A stretch of 64,000 nucleotides of DNA from Octopus vulgaris (lineage: Eukaryota). This document shows positions 13,505-25,735 of the stretch, piece by piece. A program made the position numbers and the translations under genes. Below the pieces are notes generated by a model. The model had not been told where the DNA came from. It did not search any database and worked only from the letters and a program-made list of their open reading frames with translations. Location: the NCBI GenBank assembly GCA_951406725.2, contig OX597814.1, forward strand, positions 185,814,001 through 185,878,000. Reading direction: 5' to 3'. Position 1 is the stretch's first letter; each line of letters starts with the position of its first letter.

Positions 13505-14120
13505 GCAGGAGTGGCTGTGCGGTAAGTAGCTTGCTTACCAACCACATGGTTTCAGGTTCAGTCCCACTGCATTTCATCTTGGGCAAATGTCTTCTACTGT
13601 AGCCTCGGACTGACCAAAGCCTTGTAAGTGGATTTGGTAGACGGAAACTTAAAGAAACCTATTGTATATGTATGGTAAGCAGCTTGCTTACCAACCACAT
13701 GGTTCTGGGTTCAGTCCTACTGCATGGTACCTTGGGCAAGTGTCTTCTATTATAGCCTTGGGCCAACTAAATCCTTGTGAGTGGATTTGGTAGACGGAAA
13801 CTGAAAGAAGCTTATCATGTATACATATATACATGTATGTATGTATGTATGTATGTATGTATGTATGTATGTATGTATGTATGTATGTATGTATGTGTGT
13901 ATGTGTGTATGTTTGTGTATCTCTGTTTGTCCCCCCGCCACTATCCCTTGACAACCAATGTTGGTGTGTTTACATCCCCGTAACTTAGCAGTTCAGCAAA
14001 GAGAGACTGATAGAATAAGTACTAGGCTTACAAAAAATAATTCTTGAGGTCGATTTATTCAACTAAAGGTGGAGCTCCAGCATGGCTGAAGTCAAAAATA
14101 TACAACCAAATAAAAAGAAT
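13505..14120 (+). mobile_element. SINE family A, partial copy followed by a near-full copy with internal (TATG)n
   Basis: Duplicated head at 13505 and 13672. Confidence 0.85.
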
Positions 14121-14936
14121 GAGTGCACCACCCCTAACCACTAAACTACATGTCCTCACTCTCAGAAATAGGACTGTATAATGTGTCATCGTTAGGCAAT
14201 GAATAGCAATTAATACGCATAAGGCTCAATAATCCCACGATATTTTATCAAAAACTTTTCTGGTAATGTAACCACACCACAGTCAAATCCCTGTTTTTTT
14301 TGGGTTTTGTTTTCATTTTCTTTGTTCTTTTCCCTTGGATTGTTTTGTTAACTCATAGCTGTTCTATACAGACCCTTACTGCTTTCTCCTCCGGTTTCCT
14401 TAGATGTTACAATATTATTAATAGTGCAATGATCCTGTAATAATAAATTGAGGCACTCAAATGTATATCGTGTACAAGTTGTTCTGGCAGGCTATTGGTC
14501 GGTGATTTTTAGCCTGGGTGGTTTGATTATTTTAGAAGAAGGAGAAGAGTGATGATATTTGACAGCTATACAGTGTGATCAGAGATCTCTGTGATAAAAC
14601 ATGAGATTATTATACCTCTATCCGACTATATGATCTGATTCAGAGAAGGTTCTTTTTGACAACTTTTGGTGGGAACTTTCTTTTTGAGTTCTGTACCATT
14701 ATTATCACATCTTACTCTTATTCAACATGTCTGGGGTAGTCGCACACTCTTTTATTATTTTATTATTTTTTTCTTTTTATTCATTCAGCTTGCTTATCAA
14801 AACTATCGTTTCTTCTTCATATTAAGTTCCAGTAAATTTCAGCATGTGTCTTTCAGAGAAATTGTACTATTTCTTCAAAAATGCATGTATGTTTATATGC
14901 ATGTTTCATATGTATGCTTATGCTTTTGAAGTATAC

Positions 14937-14992
<56 letters not shown>

Positions 14993-14999
14993 TTCTTTT

Positions 15000-15377
15000 T
15001 CTTTTATTTTGTTTCAGTCATTTGACTGCAGCCATGCTAGAGCACTGCCTTTAGTCGTCAAACAAATCGACCTCAGGATTTATTCTTTGGAAGCCTAGTA
15101 CTTATCCTATCGGTCTCTTTTTGCTGAACTGCTAAGTTACAGGGAAGTAAACACACCAACATCGGTTGTCAAGTGATTGCGGGGGGGGGACAAACACAGA
15201 CACACAAACACACACACATACAACGGGCTTCTTTCAGTTTCCATCTACCAAATCCACTCACAAGGCTTTGGTTGGCCCGAGGCTATAGTAGAAGACTCTT
15301 GCCCAAATTGCCACACAGTGGGACTGAACCCAGAACCATGTGGTTGGTAAACAAGCTACTTACCACACAGCCACTCC
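15000..15377 (-). mobile_element. SINE family A
   Basis: Full family consensus on the minus strand. Confidence 0.9.
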
Positions 15378-15909
15378 GACATCTGACTTTTATATAATTA
15401 TTATAAAATACAAATATAAAATAATATTCACTTATGTATGTAATATTTTAAACTACTATTTTAGATCAGTCTCAATAATTGCAAATTACACATGAAATAC
15501 TAAATGTTTTCAAAATTTTGACTGTTGATTGTTTTAACTACATTGAGAATATTTATTATGGTAATGAACTATGGAAATATCTCAGAAAAAATATGCAAAT
15601 TTACATTTCAGTAATGTAAAATTAGACTGTTGAAAATAAAATGTAAAGTGGAAACTAAATGAAAAAAAAAAAATCAGATATCTTTAATGATATTTATTTG
15701 TCTCAGTAAATATTTGGTTAAAACATGGACAGAAATACACAGAGAAAAACAAACCAATAAAATTAGAGATATTTTAATGAGATAATACCTTGCAAAATTA
15801 CAGTTTTCTCATAATATTTTTACAGCACCAAATAATATTACAATTACCAGACTATTAAAGCCACTATTTACTGTTATTAAATGTCCTTCGGGTCCTTCTC
15901 ATGGCTGGC

Positions 15910-16462
15910 TATGAGTTATTGAAAATCTGGTCAATATGCTGCAAGGCTGTAGGAATTAGTTCTGTCAGGTGTTTCTAACTAAGAATTGCATGATATTTCG
16001 ATTTCACAATATTCATTACAGAGCACAGTGATTCCCAGTAGAATATTGTGCTGAAAATTGAGATGAGCCACACGCTAATTTCCTTCGGTTAAGCATATTT
16101 TATTTCTGGAACATGATTCAAGAAGTGAATTGTAAACTGGGATTTGTATCTCATTTTTTAAACCAAAGTCCTCTTGTAATTCCATTAGTTTTACTTCCAC
16201 CGCAGATTTTGTAACCAGAGATTTGAAAATTGGACAAAGCGTCATTGATCACATCAACCATGAATAGATTTATAAGAAATGCAAAGTATGGCTTCAGCAT
16301 CTGTAAGTCATTAAACCCAGTGAAGAAATTACTAAGCAGAACTTGGAATTTATCTTTGTATTCTTCCAGTTTATGGTCTTTCATTTCAACATCATGGAAT
16401 GTATTTAGTCTCCCACTGAGACTTGAGAAAGTTCCTGAAATTTCTTGACAATATGTTACCAT
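15910..16462 (-). pseudogene. hAT (Charlie/GTF2IRD2/SPIN-like) transposase C-terminal fragment
   Basis: LEEYKDKFQVLLSNF..FNDLQMLKPYFAFLINLF, then VPEIKY..WLISIFSTIFYWESLCSVMNIVKSKYHAILS*KHLTEL, a hAT dimerisation-domain pattern with stops and frameshifts. Confidence 0.65.
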
Positions 16463-17048
16463 AACAATCTTTTATTTCATTTTGAAGTTTGAAACACTGT
16501 ATATTAAAAGTCCTCATCATCATTATTTAATATGAAGTTTCCGTGCTAACATGAGTTTGAGGGCAAAGCAAAGAGAAGCGCCAATTGTCTGTTTCAGCAT
16601 GGTCTCTAAGGTTGGATGCCTTTGGTAATGCCAACCATTTCACAGTACTTTTTACATGGCACAATTGATTGGTTGTGCATTTTTCTAAATTTTCATAAGC
16701 CCATCATTATACACATACATGCATGCATATATGTCAACACACACATATATGTGTGTGATTATTCCCCTCACTACTTGACAGCCGATCTTGGTTTGTTTAC
16801 ATCCCTATAACATAGAGATTTTGTAAAAAAGTCACTGATAGAATAAGCACCAGACTTTCAAAACAAACAAAAAATGTACTAGGGTTGATTTGTTTGACTA
16901 AATTCTTCGAGTGAGTGCTCCAGGATGGCCACAGTTTAATCAATGAAACAAGTAAAAGATAAAGCTCTTGACATGATCAAAGGTGTAAGATGTGCTTCCT
17001 CAAGTAATTATTTTAAATAATTCTTTCATTAGATCATACTGTCATTTC

Positions 17049-17113
<65 letters not shown>

Positions 17114-17149
17114 ATGTGTGTGCATCTGTCTGTCTGTGTCTGAATGGGC

Positions 17150-17710
17150 ATGAACATGTTAGCAACCTCACTGGATAGTTATAAATATGTGCCACGATCA
17201 CAGACGCAGAACTCTTCATTGCCAGTCTTCCATGAAAATCCATTTGGCCATGAAGAAATACTACCATGCGAGGGAAATATTTGAGGGGTGACACAATAAG
17301 ATGGACATCCGGTTGTAGGAAAATCTACCTCAATGAATAACATACTTGGACCCATGCAAGCATGGAAGATGATGATGATGATGATGATGATGATGACGAT
17401 GATAATGATGATAATGATGATGATGATGATGACGATGATGACAATGATGACGATGATGATGAGGACGATGATGATGATGACGACGATGATGACGATGATG
17501 ACGATGATGATGATGATGGTGACGATAATGGTGATGATGGTGATGGTGTTGATGATGATGGTGGTGATGATGTTGATGGTGATGATGATGATGGTGGTGA
17601 TGATAATAATGGTGATGATGGTGATGGTGATGATAGTAATGATAGTGATGATAGTGATGGTGATGATGATGATGATAGTGATGATGGCGATGATGGTGAT
17701 GGTGATTATG
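17150..17710 (+). mobile_element. RTE-related 3' end (family E) with very long (GAT/GGT)n tail
   Basis: ggacatccggttgtaggaaaatctacctc..cccatgcaagcatggaa followed by (GAT)n at 17367-17710. Homologues lie at about 7950-8110, 40700-40920, 57270-57410, 58690-58920 and 62870-63000. Confidence 0.6.
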
Positions 17711-18293
17711 ATACACATACAAACTTTTGAGCGTAAAAAAGCAAAACTACGGATTTAGTGCCTCTTTGTTATGAGCTCCATGAGGACAAAGAAGCACAAG
17801 TGTACTTGCAAGACCAAGACCCCATCTCGTAGACATTATTGGTACTTCCTTCAGTAAGGGGCAGATACATGAATATGCATATGTGCACATATTTCTCTGT
17901 GTGAGTGTGAATATACGAGCATACATATTTATGTGCATGTATGCACAAGCTCTGTGTGTGTGTATATAAAAACGTACATATGTGTGGGAAGAGATGAAAG
18001 AAAGAGAGAGCGGAAGAGTGGAAGATATAGAGAGAAAAGAACCCTAAAGAGAGGGAGAGAGAGAGAGGAGGAGGAAGAAAGAGAGAACATGTGGGGGAGG
18101 TAGGTGTGTTGTCTAAGTCAAAGAATTCCTTGTAAAAACCATCAAAAAGTGAAAAAGAGGAAAAGAATGAATGTAACAGAAGGTTCTAGGAAGGTTCGTT
18201 TTTTTTTTTATGGTTCTGCCAAAGATTCTTTATGGTCTGTACTTACTGAAATCGAGAGCATGGTATGTGTGTGTGTGTGTGTGTGTGTGTGCG

Positions 18294-18339
<46 letters not shown>

Positions 18340-18670
18340 TGTGTGTGTGTGCATGTGTGTGTGTGTTTGTGTTTGAGTGTGTTTGTTTGTTTGTGGATGT
18401 GTGTGTGTGTGCATGCGTACTTGTGTGTGTATGTTGTATGTTTGTGTGTGAGGGGTACGTGTGCTTGTGCCTGTATTTGTGTATGTGTGAGTGTTTGCTT
18501 GTGTGTGTGTTTGAGTGTGTTTGTGTGAGTGCTTGTTTGTGTGAATGTGTGCTTGTGCGTGTATGTGTTCGTATATGCATGAGTTTATATGTGTATGTTC
18601 AAGCATGCACACATGTGCGAGGGCTGTGTGTGTTGTGTTGTGTGTGTGTTGTGTATGTGTTGTGTGTGTG

Positions 18671-18702
<32 letters not shown>

Positions 18703-19029
18703 CACAGAGAGAGAGTGTGTGTGGTTATGTTTGAGAGAGAGAGAGAGAGTGTGTGTGTGTGTGCGTGTGTGTGTAAATATATACATGAGGTGTGTGCGAT
18801 GGCATAGGGAAGTTAAGTTAAAAGTCACTGAGTAGTTAGTTGTCACAACCTCACACCTCAAGCATTTTCCTTCGCTTGCCAAAGATCTCTTTCACTTTTA
18901 TACAGCACCACTGTTACACCTCACACACCCAACCCTTGCTGGCATGATATAACAACAACAACAACAACAACAACAATTCCATCAGCTTTTGACATCATCA
19001 TCATCATCACCACCACCAGCACCAGCACC

Positions 19030-19078
<49 letters not shown>

Positions 19079-19104
19079 TCATCACCACCACCACCACCAC
19101 CACC

Positions 19105-19135
<31 letters not shown>

Positions 19136-19654
19136 GAACCATTAATTTCATCACTGACACAATCATTATTAGTGCTTTAAACCACCACCACCACCACCAC
19201 TACTACTATCAATACTACTACAGCTGTTGCTGCCATTATGACTGACCCTGTCACCACCAACACCATTCAGAAAGACAGGATGGTCACAGCTGGAACAGAT
19301 TTGATCAGTGCTAACCTAAGCTAAACTGCAAAACCACTCCCCCTTACAAACACTTACATACCCTCATCCCCAATACCACCACCAACAACAAGCACCCCCC
19401 CAACAAGTCACCACCACCACCACCACCACCGATACCTCCACCGCCATTACCATGAAGAGTGACAAAACTATTAGGGGCCAACAAGGGAGATTCTATGACA
19501 GTGATGTTGACCCCATGACATGCATATCAGCTATGACAAGACTGCAGGGATTTAGGTTACACACTATGGAATTTGGGAAACAAAATATTCCTTGTTGTAT
19601 CTTACTATAAAAACTCTAATCTATATGTGTCTCCCTAAAATAAAATACATTGAT

Positions 19655-20280
19655 AGGTGCAGCGTGGGTGGCTATGTGATACGATGATTGCTTCCGAACT
19701 GCATGGTTCTGGGTTCAATCCCACTGCATGGCACCATGAGTAAATATCTTTTACTATAACCTCAGACCAACCAAAGTATTGTGAGTGGATTTGGTAGTGG
19801 AAACTGAAAGAAGCCTGTCATATATATATATATATATATATATTCTTTTATTCTTTTACTTGTTTCAGTCATTTGACTGCGGTCATGCTGGAGCACCACC
19901 TTTAGTCGAACCAATTGATCCCAGGACTTATTCTTGGTAAGCCTAGTACTTATTCTATCGGTCTCTTTTGCCAAACTGGTAAGTTGTGGGAATGTAAACA
20001 CACCAACATCGGTTGTCAAGAAATGGTAGGGGACAAACACACACACACACACAGATATACAACAGGCTTCGTTCAGTTTCCATCTACCAAATCCACTCAC
20101 AAGGCTTTGGTCGGTCAGAGGCTATGGGAGAAGACCACTTGCCCAAAGTGCCATGCAGTGGGACTAGGCTTCAAAAAGTAAGTCCTGGGGTCGATTTGCT
20201 TGACCGAAATCTGTCAAGGCTGTGCTCCAGCATGGCCACAGCCAAATGACTGAAAACAAGTAAAAGAATAAAAGAATACT
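19655..20280. mobile_element. Nested SINE A: plus copy split by a minus copy (19843-20165) in its central (TA)n
   Basis: Plus-strand 5' half at 19655-19820 and plus-strand tail at 20166-20280. Confidence 0.75.
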
Positions 20281-20569
20281 GTGTGTGTATATATGTCATT
20301 ATTCAGTTTTATTTCAAGATTTCCTGTCAATTGAGAAAGAGCCATTTTCTAACCAAGATGCAAGGCTCCTTTATTGGAAATTTTGACATCAAAATCAGGG
20401 TATTTCTGTATGTATGTATGTATGTATGTATGTATGTATGTATGTATGTATGTATGTATGTGTGTGTGTATGTATGTATGTATGTATGTATGTATGTATG
20501 TATGTATGCATGTATGTATGTATACAAGTATGTATGTATACATGCATGTATGTATGTATGGATGTATGT

Positions 20570-20797
20570 ATGTGGAAGAGAGTGTAATTCGGCAGGAGGA
20601 CTTAAACGACATGCAAAGGTACACGAAGCCCAGTTACAACTACCGCCGGCTATTACCGCTAAAGGTTTTAGCTGCCAATTCTGTACAAGACATTGTAGAT
20701 CTTTAGGTAGGCTAAAAAGTCACATTCGATCACAGCAATAATAACAGTTAAGTTTCTTGCAATGGCCATACTCAATAACGATGGGGCAGCCATCATG
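20570..20797 (+). mobile_element. 3' end of a second RTE-like LINE: two C2H2 fingers + short 3'UTR + (TATG)n tail
   Basis: CGRECNSAGGLKRHAKVH..CQFCTRHCRSLGRLKSHIRSQQ*, without TGEKP linkers, about 55 bp upstream of the microsatellite and embedded in a TATG array. Confidence 0.6.
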
Positions 20798-22002
20798 TAT
20801 ACATGTATGTATGTATGTATGTATGTATGTATGTATGTATGTATGTATGTATGTATGTATGTATGTATTTATGTATGTATGAATGTATGCATACATGTAT
20901 GCATGTATGTATGTATGTATGTATGTATGTATGTATGTATGTATGTATGTATGTATGTATGTGTGTTTGTGTGTATGTATGTATGTATGTATGCATACAC
21001 ACACATATATGCAACCAAAAATGTACAAAGAAATGAACAACCATTCTATACTATGTAGAGTACATATCTTTGTAGTTTAGTAATTAATGATTCCCATGAT
21101 CATACTCAGAGTTTCATAGACATGCAGACACATGTGTAATCTTTCTACAGACGTCTGTGAGATTAGGCATACACCTGTGTGTCTATGAAATTCTGAATAA
21201 AAAACCTTAGGAGACATCAGTTGCCAAACTATATAGTATATACAGGGTGTGGCAGAAAAGTGGTCCTGATTTCAAAGGTTAATAAAAAAAAAAAACACAT
21301 GAAGCTACAAGAAGAAACGATGCTCTCCACCCCAGGCCATGGTGGGAACTACCTGAAACAGAAAAGAAAATAGCATTTAATGAACTTCATAGAAATACAA
21401 AGTTTTTTTCATGCATCTTCATGTGCTTGTTTTCTTTTTTTTATTAACCTTTGAAATCAAGGCAGACTTTCTGCTGTGCTCTGTATCAAACAATTTGTTT
21501 GGCTATTAGTCAAACAAATCTACCTCAGGTCTTACTTTTTAGGCCTAGTACTTATTCTATCGGTCTCTTTTGCCAACCTGCTAAGCTATGGGGATGTAGA
21601 GGTACCAACACCAGTTGTCAAGTGGTGATGGGGGTACAAACACAGACACTAAGATACACACTCATAGATATATTCACACACATATACACTCTCGGAGTGG
21701 TTGGTGTTAGGAAGGGCACCCAGCTTTAGAAACTCTGCCAGATCAAGATTGAAGCCTGGTGCAGCTATCTGGCTCACCAGTCCTCAATCAAACCGTGCAG
21801 CCCATACCAGCATGGAAAGCGGATATTAAACGATAATGATGATGATAATAACATATATATCATCATCATCATTTAACATCTGTTGTCCATGCTGGCATGG
21901 GTTGGACGGTTTGACTAGGCTGGCACACTGGAAGGCTGCACCAGACTCTAGTCTGATATATATATATCAGTAGATTTGGTAGACAGAAACTGAAAGACAC
22001 CC

Positions 22003-22060
<58 letters not shown>

Positions 22061-22249
22061 GGGTGTCTTTCAGTTTCTGTCTGGGTGTCTTTCAGTTTCT
22101 GTCTACCAAATCTACTCCCAAGGCTTTGGTTGGCCTGAAGCTATAGTAGGAGACACTTGTCTGAGGTGCCACACAGTAGAACTGAACCCGGAACCATGTG
22201 GTTGGGAAGCAAATTTCTTACCACACAGTCATGCCTATACATACATACA

Positions 22250-22573
22250 CAGGAGGAGGAGACCCCCTTCGGTCATGAATGACCATGAGATTACACCTAG
22301 AAAGTCCGGCTAAAGTTGTTTGTGGAAGACCAGCAGTCGCCCATGTATACCAGCCTCCCATCTCCACACCACTGATGTTATCCAAGGGAAAGGCAAAGGC
22401 CGATACAGTTTGGCACCAGTGATGTCGCAACTCACTTCTACAGCTGAGTGAACTGGAGCAAAGTGAAATAAAGTATCTTGGTCAAGAACACAACACACAG
22501 CCTGGTCTGGGAATCGAACTCACAACCTCACAATCATAAGCTCGACACTCTAACCACTAAGCCATGCGCCTTC
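22250..22573 (-). mobile_element. tRNA-derived SINE family D
   Basis: Minus-strand head gaaggcgcatggcttagtggttagag..gagttcgattccc with a CORE-like domain; second copy at 29815-30115. Confidence 0.75.
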
Positions 22574-22642
22574 CCTATACATACATACATACATACATGC
22601 ATTCATATATACATACATACACACACACACACATATATATAC

Positions 22643-22674
<32 letters not shown>

Positions 22675-22732
22675 GTATATGTATATATATATGTATATGT
22701 ATATATATATGTATATGTATATATGTATATAT

Positions 22733-23436
22733 AACAAACACCATCCGATCGTGGCCGTTCGCCAGCCTCATCTGGCACCTATGTCGGTGGCACATAAAAA
22801 CACCATCCGAAGACCCAGCAAGACTAGTCAGGCCATAACCCGTGGCCCTTACCTGGGACGTAGTCAGTCCACCTGTGCTTACCTTCCTTCTTGTGACACT
22901 TGTGAAGACCTGTTGAGGCAAGTGAAAATCAAAACAAATCAAAATAGATGAACATCAATGGAATTTGTATCTTTGTGGTACCAGTGCCGGTGGCACGTGG
23001 CACACAAGAAAACCATCCGAACGTGGCCGTAGCCAGTACCGCATCGACTGGCCTCCGTGCTGTGGGCACGTAACAAACACCATCCGATCGTGGCCGTTTG
23101 CCAGCCTCATCTGGCACCTGTGTTGGTGGCACATAAAAACACCATCCGAGCGTGGCCGTCTGCCAGCCTCGTCTGGCACCTGTGTCGGTGGCACATAAAA
23201 AAAACACCATCCGAGCGTGGCCGTTTGCCAGCCTCGTCTGGCACCTGTGTCGGTGGCACATAAAATCACCCACTACACTCTCGGAGTGGTTGGCGTTAGG
23301 AAGGGCATCCAGCTGTAGAAACACTGCCAGATCTGACTGGACTGGTGCAGCTTTCGGGCTCCCCAGACCCCAGTTGAACCGTCCAACCCATGCTAGCATG
23401 GAAAGCGGACGTTAAATGATGATGATGATGATGATG

Positions 23437-23437
<1 letters not shown>
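22733..23437 (+). mobile_element. RTE LINE 3' fragment (ORF end + full 3'UTR with ~60-bp tandem units + GAT tail)
   Basis: Aligns by eye with 50069-50689. Confidence 0.9.
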
Positions 23438-23480
<43 letters not shown>

Positions 23481-23481
23481 A

Positions 23482-23660
23482 GATCGTTAGCCACTACACA
23501 CATTTTTTTCTCTCCTTGTTTTTTCTGTGTCCCTTTCTGTAGAAGAGCGTAGGCTCGAAATGTAAAAGACTTTTTCTATTCCTGAGCGTTATACTAATAC
23601 ATTTGTTTGTTTTGTACACCACATGTCTTCGTCTTTTGTTTTTTTCGTAAACTCTCCCTA
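23482..23660 (+). mobile_element. Penelope-like terminal fragment between (TA)n tracts, with hammerhead-like motif (23533-23568)
   Basis: cttt-CTGTAGA-a-gagc-gtag-gctc-GAAA-tgta-aaag; homologues at 45630-45830 and 50690-50890 (minus). Confidence 0.6.
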
Positions 23661-24074
23661 TATATATATACACAAAGAGAGACAATGGAGGTAAGATTAA
23701 TAAGAATTTATTAACACATTGACAAGACCTACAATTGTTTCAATTCCTCACATATAGCATAAAAATCAATCAAATTTAATTTAATTAAGTCAGATATTCT
23801 GGCTTATAATAAGTAACTAAATTGATTTAATTAAATTAAATTTGATTGATTTCTAGCTATAAGTAAGGAATTGAAACAAAAGTAGGTCTTGTCAATGATT
23901 TAATAAATTTTTATTAATTTTATCTCCATCTTCTGTCTTAGTTTTTATAATAATATATGTATGTGTGTACCTATATCCTAAGCTATTCAACCAGTCTAAT
24001 CTTGAAAATATTTCTATCCCTCTGAGATTTATATAGCCTCACCTGTACTTTATGATATATATATATATATATAT

Positions 24075-24210
<136 letters not shown>

Positions 24211-24334
24211 GTTTAAGAGACAGAATCACTCTCAAGCAAGTCAATCATCATAGAATGACATTATCCACAATAGGTACATATAGGATTAAATATTAAAATT
24301 ATGAAAATTAATACCTACAATTCTTATTTCAAAT

Positions 24335-24455
24335 CATATACTTTACTACATGTGTTTCATGACAACATATTCCTCGATATTGCTGGAATAGAATGTCTCT
24401 AAATACAATACCATATTAAAATGATTATATTGCCAATCTTCAGGTCTAGCATATA
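24335..24455 (-). ncRNA. Candidate type I hammerhead ribozyme with long stem II insertion
   Basis: Minus strand: atatgctagac-CTGAAGA-t-tggcaa...ttgtca-t-GAAAC-acat-GTA-gtaaagtatat; stem I is imperfect. Confidence 0.5.
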
Positions 24456-24831
24456 TAAACTTATTTTGCTATTTACATCCTATATGAAGACATGACAATC
24501 TAAAATTATATAACTAGAAGTTGTTGGAATAATTTAATTTAGTAAATAATGAACAAAAAGGTGGAATAAAAATTTTACTTTAGTAAATAATGAACAGAAA
24601 TGTGGAATAAAAACTTTACTTTAGTAAATAATGAACAGAAATGTGGAATAAAAGTAGGAAAAAGAAATGTTAGTAAAAAGAAATGCTAACTTATCTGCAT
24701 GGTAATTTTTTCTCCATGAATTAAACATGGCTACCAGCAGTCGTATAATCCAACATTGAGAGCTACTTTTTTTTTTGGGGGGGGGGATAATATAATTCCC
24801 TAATATTAATATTAATATTAAGATATATATA

Positions 24832-25230
24832 GGTGCAGGAGTGGCTGTGTGGTAAGTAGCTTGCTAACCAACCACATGGTTCCGGGTTCAGTCCCACTGC
24901 ATGGCATCTTGGGCAAGTGTCTTCTGCTATAGCCTCAGGCCGACCAACGCCTTGTGAGTGGATTTGGTAGACGGAAACTGAAAGAAGCCTGTCGTATATA
25001 TGTATATATATATATATATGTGTCTGTGTTTGTCCCCTCCCCCCAACATCGCTTGACAACCGATGCTGGTGTGTTTACATCCCCGTCACTTAGCGGTTCG
25101 GCAAAAGAGACCGATATAATAAGTACTGGGCTTACAAAGAATAAGTCCCGGTGTCGATTTGCTCGACTAAAGGCGGTGCTCCAGCATGGCCGCAGTCAAA
25201 TGACTGAAACAAGAAAAAGAGTAAAAGAGT
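24832..25230 (+). mobile_element. SINE family A, full length
   Basis: Near-consensus copy. Confidence 0.9.
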
Positions 25231-25384
25231 AATATATATATATATATATATATATATACAGTTTTCTGCACAACTTCTGTCTAACAAATTTACCCTATAG
25301 TAGAAGACATTTGCATAGTGAGACTGAACCTAAAATGGCGTTGTTTAGGATTCAGCTTGACTACACAGCCATAATACGTGTGCA

Positions 25385-25735
25385 TCATTATCATTGACAT
25401 CATCATTTAAAGTCAGTTGTCCATGCTGGTAAGTTGAGGGGCTACACCAGATTCCAGTCTGATTTGGCATGGTTTCTATGGTTGGATGCCCTTCTTAATA
25501 CCAACCACTCCAAGAGTGTAATGGGTGCTTTTTATGTACCACTGGCATAAGCACCAGTTACACAACACCAGCATCGGCCACATTGCCTCCCTGAGGCCCA
25601 ACACTTGACAGGTGTTTTTTAAATGTCACCAGCACAGGTGCCAATTGCCTCCATGAGGTTTAACGCTCGAAAGGTGATTTTTACATAACACCTGCATCAG
25701 TGGTAATTATGTGAGACTGACATCAGCCACTGCAC
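25385..25735 (-). mobile_element. Older RTE 3'UTR fragment
   Basis: ggatgcccttcttaataccaaccactccaagagtgtaatgggtgc motif plus internal repeats. Confidence 0.7.

Noticed and set aside
16151-16462. Domesticated GTF2IRD2-like host gene
   Set aside because: Frameshifts and stops in the adjoining dimerisation domain indicate a decayed hAT transposase.
20570-20741. Host C2H2 zinc-finger gene exon
   Set aside because: No TGEKP linkers or splice acceptor; a stop followed by a short UTR and SSR tail fits an RTE-type C-terminus better.
24832-24905. tRNA genes at SINE heads
   Set aside because: A/B boxes are present, but there is no full cloverleaf and each continues into a SINE body.
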